Assembly: GCF_033153115.1 (NCBI RefSeq)
Contig: NW_026889765.1
Coordinates: 1,612,001 to 1,676,000 of the forward strand
Source: Saccostrea echinata
Taxonomy: Eukaryota
Direction: 5' to 3'
Length of the DNA stretch: 64,000 nucleotides
Part shown: piece by piece, positions 43,701 through 54,458 of the stretch
Layout of the letters: each line of letters opens with the position of its first letter
Numbering within the stretch: position 1 is the first letter of the stretch
Position numbers and translations under genes: made by a program
The notes under the pieces: generated by a model
What the model was told of the DNA's origin: nothing
Databases searched by the model: none
Seen by the model: the letters and a program-made list of their open reading frames with translations, nothing else

Positions 43701-45950
43701 GTTCAGGATTCTATATGTTCACCTGATGGCCCATTTCCGGATGTATCGCCAAATTAAGGAGCAAACAGCAGCATTTCGGAGAGGATTTCAGACTGTCATC
43801 AATCCTGATTTGCTTCTGATGTTTTCAGCCCCAGAATTCCAGAAACTAATATCTGGGGACAATGCTGACCTGGATATTCAAGATCTTAGGTACATGATAA
43901 GTGAATTTAACCATGTATACATACTGTTCAATTTATATCTATAGATGCTTATTATATATACTAGTATTTAATGAAGGAATATTAGATTGTTTATTTTCTC
44001 AGTTCTGACTTTATTTCTTTACAGACGTCACACTCGATACTATGGAGGTTATCACAACAGCCATAAAGTCATCAGCTGGCTGTGGGACATTGTCACAAAT
44101 AACTTCACTCCCCAGGAGAGAGGTTTATTTCTCAAGGTAGTTAACAACTTGTAGTCAAAAATTTTTATCAAATCAAACAGCTTTAAAAAGACCTAAAGCA
44201 ATGTTAATGCATACATATTGTGCTTATGAGAAAGAGATCCTGACAGGTCTATCTGTCTGATATAAGAATCTATCATGAGTATCCATTTGGAATAAGGAAA
44301 TCTCACCAGAGGGGTGGATATTTTTGTGTAAGGACCAGGCTTGTCAAGTATCTGAGTTTACGTTCCCTGATGATGGATTATTTCTCTTCCATTTATGGTC
44401 TTCGAATTATTAATGCTTGCTGATTGATGATTGCTTGAAACACAATAGCACACAAGAATGAAATGGTGAGGCATGCACGGTCAGAAAGATTATACCTGAA
44501 AACACTTTACACTAAAGTGTACATTTAAACTGAAAAATTGTCTTTTTTTTTTAGAAATAAGAAAAATCTACAGAGCTTAATTTCTTTCCTAATTGTTTTC
44601 CAAAGTGTAAAGTGTTATGTCAAAGGTGTGAGGTAGGCATATCTCACATGGCTTTCTCACATGGGAGAATCCTATCATACAATTAGGCAATAAAGAAATA
44701 TTTTTCATGTACTTGCATCATACAGCTTTGTTCAAGTAAGATTAGACTGAATGAGATCTACATTTTTTTTTCAGTTTGTGACCAGTTGCTCTAAGCCTCC
44801 ATTACTAGGCTTTGCTCATCTGGAACCCCCTTTCTCTGTCCGCTGTGTAGAAGTCAGCGATGATCAGGTATGTACTGATGATTCCGGTCAAACACTTTTA
44901 TTTTCAGTGATCTTTTGCATTTCTCCAGAGGAATGAACATTGATATTTTTAATTATTAATACAGGTACATGTGATTATGAACTTTTCATTTGTATCATCA
45001 AAAGTGTTTGTGGAATATGCCTTAAACTTTCTCATTCAGATTCAAACAATTGAGAATAGATTATGGTGAATTTAATTTGAATCATGTCTACCTTTAAATC
45101 AAAAATTGAACAGCTATATTAATTCATGTATAGTAACTTTTATGGTAATTTCCAGATTAGCTACAAGTTTGTCATACTGTATATAGAATTATTTTTGCCC
45201 ATATTATTTCGCTCTTTCAAACTTGCAATTATTGTCGCAAACCACGGCCAAAATGTATGATCCTCTCCCATTCTGGCCATGGTTGAATGAGAAGAGAATA
45301 TTTCACAACTTATTAAAATATTGACCAATGCGAGTAAAGAATAGTCGGATAATGAAGTTTGATGCAACCTTTCAATACCCAATCACAGTATACAAAACAT
45401 TTCTTGTATACTGTTGATGTCAATTGTTGGCTGAACATGATGTCACAATATAGAGGCATAAATATTCAAGATAACGGCACATTTTGTGATCAAGCAGCCG
45501 CAGGTATGAGAGAGCTATGTGTGGATTCCGGACTGTGGCTTGAGACGATGACTTGCAATCAACTTTGCTAAGGTTTAAATTCACCCAGTCACAGTTGTGT
45601 AATAAAGATGATGTCCAATTTGAATTTGCCCCATTTTAAATTCATGATCATACACTTGTGACAAGGGCAATAGAGGCAAAAATAAAACAGTGGCTAAAAA
45701 TTTCTCTGTATATTATAGTAATTATCTTTATAGGAAACAATTATAATTTCTTTACCAGGATACAGGAGATACGGTAGGGAGTGTTCTTAAGGGATTTTTC
45801 AACCTCAAGAAGAAAGACCCCATAGGGCGCCTCCCCACCTCCTCAACCTGCTTCAACCTCCTGAAGCTGCCAAACTATCAGAAGAAATCCACTCTCAGAG
45901 ACAAGCTCAGATATGCCATTACTTCTAACACAGGATTCGAGCTTTCTTGA
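10706..45950 (+). CDS. UBE3B: HECT E3 ubiquitin ligase UBE3B (IQ motif + HECT), 29 coding exons, 1068 aa
   Basis: Exons 10706-10819, 11037-11086, 11196-11266, 11926-11990, 12228-12290, 13235-13339, 16121-16220, 16530-16615, 18098-18180, 18475-18580, 19191-19311, 20622-20656, 20779-20808, 20898-21010, 21303-21451, 23842-23997, 24257-24431, 25025-25143, 25981-26101, 26446-26542, 26882-27001, 33534-33710, 33954-34061, 34157-34294, 42952-43076, 43707-43889, 44025-44136, 44775-44867, 45759-45950 (3207 nt, phases consistent). Motifs: IQATVRGF (IQ), [45 protein letters not shown] (catalytic Cys) and terminal NTGFELS*. Confidence 0.95.
12725..13135 (+). repeat. ~36-bp intronic minisatellite (~9-11 degenerate copies)
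   Basis: Unit approximately ATAACAAGTCCTACTCCTGTAGTCAGTTGTATAGT. No similarity to the neighbouring exons. Confidence 0.85.
13843..16170 (+). repeat. 58-60 bp minisatellite, 38 copies plus the genuine exon copy; unit = UBE3B 3' splice site + start of coding exon 7
   Basis: Unit tgtgtttatttgtag|GCTGAGAATCACTCTGATATGAAGTCAATCTGTATCTGACTRTRC, compared with the real junction tttatttgtag|CCTGAGAATCATTCTGATATGAATAGAGTCAATCTGTATCTGACTGTAC at 16121. Confidence 0.97.
16812..17970. mobile_element. Non-autonomous Tc1/mariner-pogo-type element (TA TSD, ~25-bp TIR)
   Basis: TA|CAGTGGTTCCCGTTTTATCGAATAG ... CTATCCGATAAAATGGAAGCCACTG|TA. Confidence 0.85.
19338..20171 (-). mobile_element. Tc1 internal-deletion derivative with a decayed transposase N-terminus
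   Basis: TA|TACTGAAACGCAAAAGAAA ... TTTCTTTTGCGTTTCAGTA|TA. Minus-strand remnants MPRLPEND (ATG ~19872), RSPRVTT and [10 protein letters not shown] resemble the Tc1 GRPRVTT..IRLHHLRNR linker. Confidence 0.82.
20261..20481. mobile_element. Small TA-flanked MITE
   Basis: TA|CAGTCAAACCTG ... CAGGTCTGACTG|TA. Confidence 0.7.
21430..23360 (+). repeat. 24-bp minisatellite, ~80 copies; unit = end of UBE3B coding exon 15 + 5' splice site
   Basis: Unit AAGGRACCCTCTCCMTYAWAAA|GT. The first copy overlaps the exon end (KEPSPSK, donor GT at 21452). Confidence 0.97.
24414..24582 (+). repeat. ~22-bp tandem repeat, ~7-8 copies; unit = end of UBE3B coding exon 17 + 5' splice site
   Basis: The exon end TGCTACTCATTATATCAT|gtaag is repeated as tgctatcattatatcat|gtaa(g). 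Confidence 0.92.
24667..24845. mobile_element. Small TA-flanked MITE
   Basis: TA|CTGTAAACCAA ... TTGGTTTACAG|TA. Confidence 0.7.
25335..25956. mobile_element. Non-autonomous element with a ~145-bp terminal foldback and TTATTATACT/AGTATAATAA inverted repeat (Crypton-like organisation)
   Basis: Long imperfect palindrome 25335-25479 (core GAAAACCATTGTCAACC..GGTTGACAATGGTTTTC) and an IR at 25481-25490/25947-25956 preceded by CCAATCAGAT. The superfamily assignment is inference. Confidence 0.65.
27570..27854 (-). ncRNA. Candidate structured RNA element in the 3' region of the YR retrotransposon (two tandem cloverleaves plus a third domain inside a closing stem)
   Basis: Closing stem 27570-27582/27842-27854. 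Unit 1 (27589-27671) and unit 2 (27673-27746) share an identical 15-mer but have different, self-complementary stems. A third stem pairs 27769-27778 with 27820-27829. Most non-Watson-Crick pairs are G-U on the minus strand. Folded by eye only. Confidence 0.6.
28216..29170 (-). pseudogene. Tyrosine recombinase of the YR retrotransposon (frameshift ~28820; catalytic HxxR Arg changed to Gln)
   Basis: N-terminal SAM-like region [25 protein letters not shown], then [28 protein letters not shown] (normally HSFR) and [12 protein letters not shown]. Confidence 0.9.
29165..30790 (-). pseudogene. Reverse transcriptase + RNase H of the YR retrotransposon (in-frame stop 30643-30645, frameshifts ~30125 and ~29940)
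   Basis: RT motifs [38 protein letters not shown] and MEYLGI. RNase H motifs LYTDAS, ELYPIV, FYCDN and NVIADAFSR. Confidence 0.92.
30799..32111 (-). pseudogene. Gag-like ORF1 of the YR retrotransposon (frameshift near 31550)
   Basis: [10 protein letters not shown]..., a Ser/Thr-rich linker, then a CxxCxxxxHxxxxC knuckle ([14 protein letters not shown]) and CCCH-type fingers ([35 protein letters not shown]). Confidence 0.8.
35500..37000. repeat. Decayed Helentron-type/TGACCTTGA repeat cluster with a ~196-bp direct duplication
   Basis: TGACCTTGACC monomers at 35600-36030. The segment 36164-36340 is duplicated at 36360-36530. Confidence 0.6.
37243..38802 (-). CDS. TRIM-like B-box/B-box/coiled-coil/NHL-repeat protein (no RING), intronless CDS, nested antisense in a UBE3B intron
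   Basis: 519-aa ORF. It has two B-box-type Cys/His clusters ([18 protein letters not shown]; [25 protein letters not shown]), a helical coiled-coil segment and NHL-like repeats ([28 protein letters not shown]; [17 protein letters not shown]). An acceptor ttgcag sits just before the ATG and AATAAA lies at ~37151-37156 (-). Confidence 0.88.
   Translation of the reverse strand: MGTPQDLLKCGICCVNRSLPAYCVDCAEKLCAECWKNHPQQVKDDHMVLPMAESKCPEHFKFYAVHCKMCDIPICRDCLIDSHNGHKYSSINQAKDEKIKEVIKYTKHWRENICPVYQALEDQAKAQRGSYESEIVAVKMTINGQREMLKTMVDNLCDDMIESVQTTLAAHSNQINSELQEIVTRKWEIEDEIRKSEGMSEKGILEIKEFLDTLPHLRDSLATPPTLSMPIPSRFFPAEISERTLKRMVGSILQVSMHSSFSCKLPVSNIQACSANEVWVSFHDEKLLTKYSYKQEKGTAVEMENLNLQFKPECFLLLKKDCLLASDRFNHCIWKIENKGKPQTFIKTSPSNPKGMCLNNRQELVVCISGLTGSLRIYFGDKYQNSRDIANHLLNAPNRVAQNGDENYIVLDDHLQTHYVTAIDTKGTLQWKFKGLEETKQFFFPRSVCCDSLMNIILSDFGNNSVLLLDKDGKFLMNLLSDKYGLQSPRGVCLDREGKLWVGQGDDGKGECHIVKYIK
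42897..42985 (+). repeat. Two-copy 53-bp-period duplication of a UBE3B acceptor + start of coding exon 25
   Basis: ag|CATTGTGAAGGAGATGTCAATGACCTTGACCTGA (42897-42932) versus the real ag|CATTATGAAGGAGATGTAAGTGACCTTGACCTGA (42950-42985): 3 mismatches in 36 nt. Confidence 0.9.
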
Positions 45951-46542
45951 GATCCTGATGAAAAATGACGTTAGTACCAAGCAAAGGATTGACACCGATT
46001 TCTGGAGTGTACTGCACAGGCTACCAATAGATTCACTAGGACTTCATGTTTTCTAGTGACCCTGATTAGCTCATTAGGTGTGGTTTGAGCTTGCCAGAAC
46101 ATTATGAAATGAACAGCAGCACAAAATTGTATCAACAGTTTTTGCACAGTCATGACATCTAAATGCTTTCTATTGCAACTTAATTTACTGTGAAGTGTCA
46201 TGGACTAAACTGGGGAATTCTGTACATAGTTTGGGCTTTAATTCATTTAATTTGTGAAGGAGAATCTTCAGAGAAATTAGAATCTTGATGAGTGACAAAA
46301 GTTGTATGCTACAAAATTTACTACTTACATTACTTACTAGCAAACGTTGAAATTGATGACACAGGAAATTACAGAGGGGCAAATCAATGAACATTTAACC
46401 CCATGAAAATCCATTGTTGTACATTAATCATTCTATGAAATTAAGGTTCACCTCTCTATATTTTGTGTTGTCTGTGATATTATATGACTTTGATCAGCAT
46501 TTAGTGTACAAGACCTTAAGTTAATGAGAATTGTACAGAATA

Positions 46543-46547
<5 letters not shown>

Positions 46548-46614
<67 letters not shown>
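46548..46614. repeat. (TA)n microsatellite in the presumed UBE3B 3' UTR
   Basis: About 33 uninterrupted TA units. Confidence 0.97.
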
Positions 46615-46621
<7 letters not shown>

Positions 46622-49600
46622 ATATATTACTAGAAATACATAGCAGATTCGTTGTGTGGATTAAGCAACTATATTATATGATATGGCCATTAATTATTTT
46701 AACAACTGATTGAAACAAAATATCCGTCCACCTGGAAAAAAAAAGTTTGCAAACAAAGGAAGTATTAAGGGAGATAATGCAAAGAACAAAAGTAGAACTG
46801 GTTTACAGATATGTACTAAAAGATTTCAAAAATGTTTGTCTTGATGTTGAAAATGAAATTGTTATGTAATTGGATGTAGATTATGATGTCAGCACTATTT
46901 TTGTTTTCTTGAAGGACCAATATTTGTTTTGACTGATCATGCTTGTATTTTGTTATATTGGAGATTTATAGATACATAAATGTGCACTGGTATTTAAATA
47001 TGTCCCCCCCCCCCCCCAAGATATCTGACAAAGTGTTTTCAAGATAGACACTTTACTTATTTTTTTTATTACAAATGGGATTCAACTATGAAAAGTATGT
47101 TTAATTTCAATTAAGCATCCCAGTGCATTTCAATATCACAGTATTTTGTTTAAGTATCAAAAGTTTTGTCTTCAAGCTTTTATAACATGTTTCTATGTGA
47201 TCTTTAAAATTTTGTTTTCTGATAAACAACTTATTTATGACTAAAAAAAAGAATTCATTTTCTTGTCATCAATTACATCATGTAACCATGTAACAATCAC
47301 CAAGTCACTTTACCCTTGTTGTCTTTCAGTGGAGAAATAAAACTTGTATGAAACTAGATAAAGACTTGTTTTGCTTACTCAATACATAAAAATTGAATTT
47401 ACCATAGAATTTCAGATCTAAGCCAAGGTCATGCAGACATGACAAACATTTTATCCTCATTTCTTAATACGGAAACTGAAATATATATTTATTTTTTCTG
47501 ATCTTGTTAAAAAAAATATCTTTTGTATTATATACTGGTAGACTTCAAGACCACCTACATGTATAATACACTCTTTTCTATGCATTAATTACTGAAAGAT
47601 GTGAGAGTTACCAGGTAGTTAGAGACATAAAGTTCTACTGTATAGATATTTATTGACTGAGACCTTCCCAGTGTCTTTTTGACCTTATATCCTAAATTTC
47701 CTCATGCTTTGTTCAACTTCCCAAATTCATGTAGAATTCCTACACCCAACTTTAAAATATCTCTCTTGTTTAGTTTTTCTATGTGTGACATGACTTCAAT
47801 AACATTTCTTTTCTTGATCTTTTTTAATATCTTTAAAGGATTCCATACAAGTTACATTTTTTGCCAGATAGTTGTGACTGTTACTTTAATTTCATATATA
47901 CCAAGCATAACTGACCTCTGATCATCTTTATAAATTGATGAAGCGTTTCAATTAATGCATATCTTAAATACATAACATCAAAAAAATTTTCATATTGCAT
48001 TTCACTAAGTCTTGGAACCATTTTCATCATCAATTCAAAATTCTATGAACTTGACCTTTCCTATGGCATTTACTTAATTTTCTGCAGCGCAAGTACATGT
48101 ATAGCATACTACATGTATAGTGTATGTAACATACACGTCGTAAGTTCACATATTTAAACTTTTGACACGATTTGAATTGATGAAGTACTTTATCATCTAC
48201 ATATCTTCTTTTGCGATAACGACTGTGGTGACTCCAGCAAACCAAGTCAAAAAATTCAGATATATTATTTTGTAGATTGAAGAATTTTCATTGCTCAATC
48301 ACATATGTACACAAAATAAATCATTCTAGAAGTGGAAAATATTGTGTCTGTTTTGCATAGAATTTTTATTTGGATTACTCACACAATTCTGTCTTCTATA
48401 TTATTTATTTATAAATGTCTCCAATAAAACGACTCCCTCTCTGAGACTGCTAATACCAGGAATAGTTGATATCACAGTTTTTTAAACATGTTTATGGAAA
48501 TTATAAAATTTTGGTTAACCCATTTAAAGGTTTCAATAAAGCACTGCACTCAAATTACATAATCTTACAATACAACAGAGAAGCAGCAAATTTTTTGATA
48601 GAATAATATATTATCCACCATGCTTGTGGTAAATGGAGCTATTTTCCTTCTCTCCACATAGTGCAAAGTAATGGACATGAATACAGGGATAATTTTTATA
48701 TTCCTAGTCAGGTTTAGTACAAATATATATTCATAATGGCACTTTTTTTAAGACCCTGCGTTGAACCACATTTATTGATTGTCAGGAACATTTTGTGAAG
48801 ATGTGTTTAACCAAGTGTCCATGACACTTGTAATGATTGACAGATGAAATAACTGACCATTTGATTGTCATCATGCCGCGATAAGTCCGATAGAATTGTT
48901 AAAATACCTGCAAGTTAAAAGGACAAGCATTTCACTGTTGTTACTCACCAACCCAGTGTCAAGTGGAATTAGCATGATTATATACGTAACGTAGGGTTTA
49001 ATGATCAAGATTTATTTGTATACCCTGGCATTTATGTTTTATCAATACAATATATATGGTGTCTGAGGGATGTTGGAAGTTTACCATTGTTTCAAAGACT
49101 GGCCATCTATAACCATGCTGCAGTCAAGCTGAATGGAGTTATCCCAGGGTAAAATTTTATACTGATTTCTTGCTTTAATAATTTTCTGCTTTTTTGGACC
49201 AAAAAGATAAAATACACGAAATGAATGTACATGTAAAGATGTAGAAAATTTTAAGTACATGCAGTGTACTTTTAAATATTTTTTTTGCACTTTGGCAATC
49301 ATGCAGCTCATGTAATCAGTAATGCAAACATGTAAATGCATTTGAATATGCTTTAAGCTTTAATCACAATATGGTTAATTCTTAATTTAAAGTTTCTTAT
49401 CCAAAGAACATTTATTTTAAAAAAAAATAATGTAAATGCCTGACATATACAGTTATCTAAAGTTGTACAGTACACCAACATTAATTAATATGTAAATCTT
49501 TTTTTTTCCTCACAACTTAATTTTTTTCTCCAATTTACAGTGCATTTATGTAGAATATATTATGTTCATTGTGTATGAGTCTTCAGGGCTGTAATGGGAA

Positions 49601-50377
49601 AAAAGATTAACCTGTGACAAAGTGTCTTTTTATTGGCCAGACATGTCTGTATTTTACGATTTGTTCTGTAATTTGTCACTTTTTATCACCTGTGGACAAA
49701 ATTTAATGCATGCATTGCATGTACCTGGCAAAAATCAACTGTACTGACCCACACTGTGAAAATTAACACGTTTTTCTGCATAGCAGCGCCATGAACATTA
49801 GCATATAATTGTAATTATCCTGCAGTTCATAAGAAATAACACTTAAAGACCTGGCTCACAGCTGGCCTTTATTTGATCAATAGCATTACCAGTGAAATAT
49901 TGATATTTTTATTTTCTTTTACAACCTTAAGATTTTGTAAACAGATGTTTTTACGGCCAGGTAAAATCTGAAATTAATGTCAGGAGATACGTCAGAATGC
50001 ATGTTTTTAAAAATGAAATTTGAACTGTCTTACTACGAAAATCCATTGTTATGAACTTCATTGTTGCCTGACACTATTGAAACAAAGTACATGTACTATC
50101 GTTGGAGGCTGTGTTTAAATGTCCTGGTTATTCAAACATTGTCCTGGTCAGGAGTCATTTACAGGTACAGATAAACCTAAACTGATGAATGCTTGAAAAT
50201 TTCTATTTCTAGGGGTTTGAAGTGGATCATAGAGAAGGTATAAAATATATGGCCTTACTATCACAGGTCAAGATGGAAAAGACCAACAATCAAGAAATTC
50301 TGAAAATAATCTACAGATCGAGGTAAATATTTTTGATGACACAACAACCACCAGAGTGTTGAATCGGTGAAAGAAAA

Positions 50378-51403
50378 ATGAGATTTACAAATTTCCGATG
50401 GAAATTACTTGGACTGCTCGTTGGTGTTATTTTTGTGTGGAGTTTGTCAAGTTCCAAAGGAAATCAGAATGAATTCTCTGAAGAATTTGAGTTTCCAAGG
50501 TCTGTGTGCAATGATAGTGGGGATAATATATATGTCAATCATTTTTATCTCCATAACAACCCAAAGAACCGAAACCACTCATATTCCTTGAGGGCACAAA
50601 ACCCCTTCAGTATTCAAAACCCTGGATTGTGTTTTGAAGAACACTCATTGGATTTTCTTATTCTAATCAACACAGAACCTAATCACTTTCTTCGGAGAAA
50701 AGTCATTCGTGCTACATGGGGAAATGTGAATTTACCTCAGTATCAAAAATTTGGAAATTTCAAGATTCTCTTCATTGTAGGCCATTCAACCTCTAAAAAA
50801 ATTCAAAAAGCCATTGAAAAAGAGGCAGCACAGTATGGTGATATTTTACAGGGAAGGTTCTCAGAGGCACCGAACAATCTCCCACAAAAAGCTCTGATGG
50901 CCTTGAGATGGACAGCCGAATATTGCCTCAAGGCCAAAATGATCATCCGCATCCAGGACACTGTGCTTCTAAACATGTTCGAAATTTTACGAGAATACAA
51001 ACCCAAATATTCCTGTACCAAAAATTTATTAATGTGTAAATTCATCAAAGAGAGGATAAAATTCATGGATTATGAAAAACTAAAAAGGATGAAACTGACT
51101 CCCACCATTATCCACTGTGTTGGAAAAGCTGTGATAATGACTCGAGATATGCTTATCTCCCTTTACCATGCCGCCCCACATATGACCCCATACTGGTCAG
51201 ATGACATGTATATATATGGAATGTTGCCGGCTCAGATTCGGCAGAAAACTCTCAAACCTTTGCGACTTTATGAAGGAAATTCTGATCAAGCAATAGACTG
51301 CTATGAAACAAATCTACACAACTGTGGATTAGTTGCTATTGATACCCAAACAAGAAGCCATCACAATATTATATGGTCTCATATCAAACATTACTTTGCA
51401 TAA
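50378..51403 (+). CDS. Glycosyltransferase family 31 (beta-1,3-galactosyltransferase-like) type II membrane protein
   Basis: 341-aa ORF with an N-terminal TM helix and GT31 motifs RRKVIRATWG, ILFIVG, IEKEAAQYGDILQ, K-x-LMALRW and DDMYIYG. Confidence 0.88.
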   Translation: MRFTNFRWKLLGLLVGVIFVWSLSSSKGNQNEFSEEFEFPRSVCNDSGDNIYVNHFYLHNNPKNRNHSYSLRAQNPFSIQNPGLCFEEHSLDFLILINTEPNHFLRRKVIRATWGNVNLPQYQKFGNFKILFIVGHSTSKKIQKAIEKEAAQYGDILQGRFSEAPNNLPQKALMALRWTAEYCLKAKMIIRIQDTVLLNMFEILREYKPKYSCTKNLLMCKFIKERIKFMDYEKLKRMKLTPTIIHCVGKAVIMTRDMLISLYHAAPHMTPYWSDDMYIYGMLPAQIRQKTLKPLRLYEGNSDQAIDCYETNLHNCGLVAIDTQTRSHHNIIWSHIKHYFA

Positions 51404-52054
51404 TGTTGGCATTTAATAGTAATGGTGATATTTCGTTTTATTGACTTCCGCATTCTTTTATGGCCCTTTATTACCAGGCTTTTCTCATATTTCTATTCCA
51501 CTCCTTAGATGGCAATCAAACCAGCCTAAATGATAAATTTTTATCACCTCAATTTTGTTATTAAAATAACTAAATCAAGCATTTATATTTCCAATACAGA
51601 GGCATCATTAACTGCTGAATTGGGCAATGAACTTAATTTGCTTTTTTATCTGCGACATAAAACTTGTTCAAACATTTATCAACACCAGTGTACCTGCATT
51701 TTTTTTAAATGTAACATTTGTGTTCCATTTTAACTTTACTGCTGTGCAGTAACTATAATTTGAATAAAAATTAAGACTGAAACTTGTGAACATAATAATT
51801 TACACCAATTTCAAAATTTCTAATGGAGATGAGAGGTTTTAGGAAAATATCACTGAATAAATATATAAATTGAAATATATTAAACTCTGTAAAAGTTATT
51901 TTAAGTGTAATTGTTGTTGGATCTGTAAAATATTATAATACCTATTTCAAAGTTAATCCCTACTCCTGTTATGGGCAAACATTTCTTACCCTATCAGGGT
52001 AGCAGAATTTCTACTCAGGATAACTCTGCTTCTTGGTACAGGTGCAAGAAGACA

Positions 52055-52345
52055 TAGCTCATAAAGGCCAACATGCCTTGCCCTTATCATCATGTATCAG
52101 GTGCTAGTGGACAAAGCTAATGTAAGCAAGCTAAGTGCCCTTAACCTTCATGTATCAGGTGCTAGTGGACAAAGCTCACATAGGCAAGTATTCCTTGCCC
52201 TCAGCCTTCATGTTTAAGTGATAGTGGACAGAGCTCATATAGGCAAGCATTCCTTGCCCTCAGCCTTAATGTGTCAGTTGCTAGTGGAATTGGCACATAT
52301 AAGCAAAAAAATTTTATGTCTCAGGTGCTAATGAGCATGTTTAAC
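52055..52345 (+). repeat. ~56-bp degenerate tandem repeat, ~5 copies
   Basis: Repeated CATGTATCAGGTGCTAGTGGACAAAGCTCA..TAGGCAAG..TTCCTTGCCCT. Confidence 0.8.
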
Positions 52346-52541
52346 ATAGGCAAGTTTCACTAGCCGTCAGCATGCAGTTTATTTATTTCACAGAGTAATT
52401 TCTATTTTTCATCAATCAAAATTTGAGCCTTCTTTTTTGGTACTGATAATAGATACCAATATTTTTTTAATCTGGAACTGGACCAAGAGAGAACTTCATT
52501 CAAATATCTGAGGGTTTCAGATACTGAGGTTAAAATACATA

Positions 52542-54031
52542 AACAAGAGGTCAATGGGCCACATCGCTCACCTGAACACTATGGCTAGGAAAAAACAGAA
52601 ATCGGTTCAGCTTTGAAAAGTTTAAATATATAATTGGTCCACCACCAAACCTAACCACCCCCCTCCCCCAGGCAGCAAGAGGAGGGGGTGTCATGATTTG
52701 AACAGACTTGAATCTTCACTAACCAAGGATGCTTCCATATTTCTTTGACTTATCATGGTTTTATAAGATTTTTAAAGGACTTTTTTCTATGCTGGTAAGT
52801 TTGATCTTCAATTGTGGCAATGCCCTATCCCTGGGATCATGATTGGAACAAACTTGAATCTACACCACCTGAGAATGCTTCTGTATTAATATGAATAATA
52901 ATGGATTAGCTGTTCTTGAGAGGAGGAGTTTTAATGATTTTCTTATACATTCATATATATAACTTTGGTCCCCTGTTATGGCCCCTCCCTTCCCCAGGGT
53001 TCATGATTTGAACAAATTTGAATTTACATTACCTGAGGATGCTTCTATATTAATATGATTAATCATGGCTTTGCTCTTCTTGAGAAGAAGATTTTTAAAG
53101 ATATTTTCTTTATATTCCTATGTATAATTTGATCCCCCGTTGTGGCCTTACCCTATTCCTCAAGATTTGAACAAACTTGAATGTACACTACCTAAGGTAC
53201 TTCCTAATGAATATGACTATTCCTGGCTTTGCAGTTCTTGAGACAAAGATTTTTTTTTATTCCTCTGTAGAACTTTGATTGCTCATTGTGGTCCCACCTT
53301 ACCCCAGGGTTCATGATTTTAACAAATTAGAATCTACATTACCTGAGGATACTTTTATATTAATATGACTAACCAAGACTTTACTATTCTTGAGAAAAAA
53401 ACTTTTAAAGATTTTTCCTATATATTCCTATGTTTAACTTTGATCCCAAGTTGTGGCCTCACCTTACCCCTGGGGTCATGATTTGAACAAACTTGAATCT
53501 ACACTACCTGAGGATGCTTCCTTATAAATATGACTAATTATGGCTTTGCTGTTGTTAAAGGGAACATCTTTAAAGATTTTTTTCTATATATTCCTATGTA
53601 AAACTTTGATCACCCATTGTGGCCATACCCTACCCACAGAGGTCATTATTTGAACAAACTTGAATCAACACTACCTGAAGATGCTTCCATTTACATATGA
53701 TCTATCATGGCTGTGCTGCTCCTTGGACGAAATTTTTAAAGATTTTTCCAATGAATTTCTATGTAAAATTTTTTCTCCCATTGTGGCCCCACCCTACCCC
53801 AAGGGTCATGGTTTAAACAAACTTGAATCTACACTACCTGAGGAAGTTTCATCTTCCCTGGCCAAGTGGTTCTTGAGAGGTAGATTTTTAAAAGATGCCT
53901 ATAATTTTTTCTCTAAGTTGTAATTATCTCCCCTTGAACATAGATATGGCATTTTATTGAACAAACTTGAATCCCCTTTACCCAAGAATACTTTATGGTA
54001 AGTTTGGTTAAAATTGGCATAGCAGTTCTTG

Positions 54032-54062
<31 letters not shown>

Positions 54063-54149
54063 AACAGATGGACAGACAGACAGACACTGGACAAACTGTG
54101 GTCAGAAAAGCTCACTTCACTTGAGCCTTCAGCTCGGGTGAGCTAAAAA
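52542..54149 (+). mobile_element. Helentron-type non-autonomous element with ~8 Cg170-like monomers (third copy), inserted into a MITE
   Basis: AACAAGAGGTCAATGGGCCACATCGCTCACCTG start, tandem ~160-166-bp monomers, a (GACA)n tract and a GCTCGGGTGAGCTAAAAA end. The right flank 54150-54228 is the reverse complement of the MITE family at 57817. Confidence 0.85.
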
Positions 54150-54458
54150 CTGTTCTGACTTCCAATTCAGTAAGACATTTCCACGGTATTCGAGATATTG
54201 ATGTCCAAGATAACACAGTTCGACTGTAATTATCCAGTTGCATGAGCCTTAAAGGCAAGTTTAACCAATTAGATTTAATAAAAAGATTAAACTTAAAATG
54301 CTCTTCATGTTTTTTTAAGGTAATGAATTAATCTCTTCAAATAAGAAAGGAAACAAGTGAAAAATCGTACAAATAACATCCAGTAAGTCAATAACGTATT
54401 CCTATAAAGAGCCAATTTGCTAAACTCAGGCCCCACAATCCAATGCTTTCCACCCATC

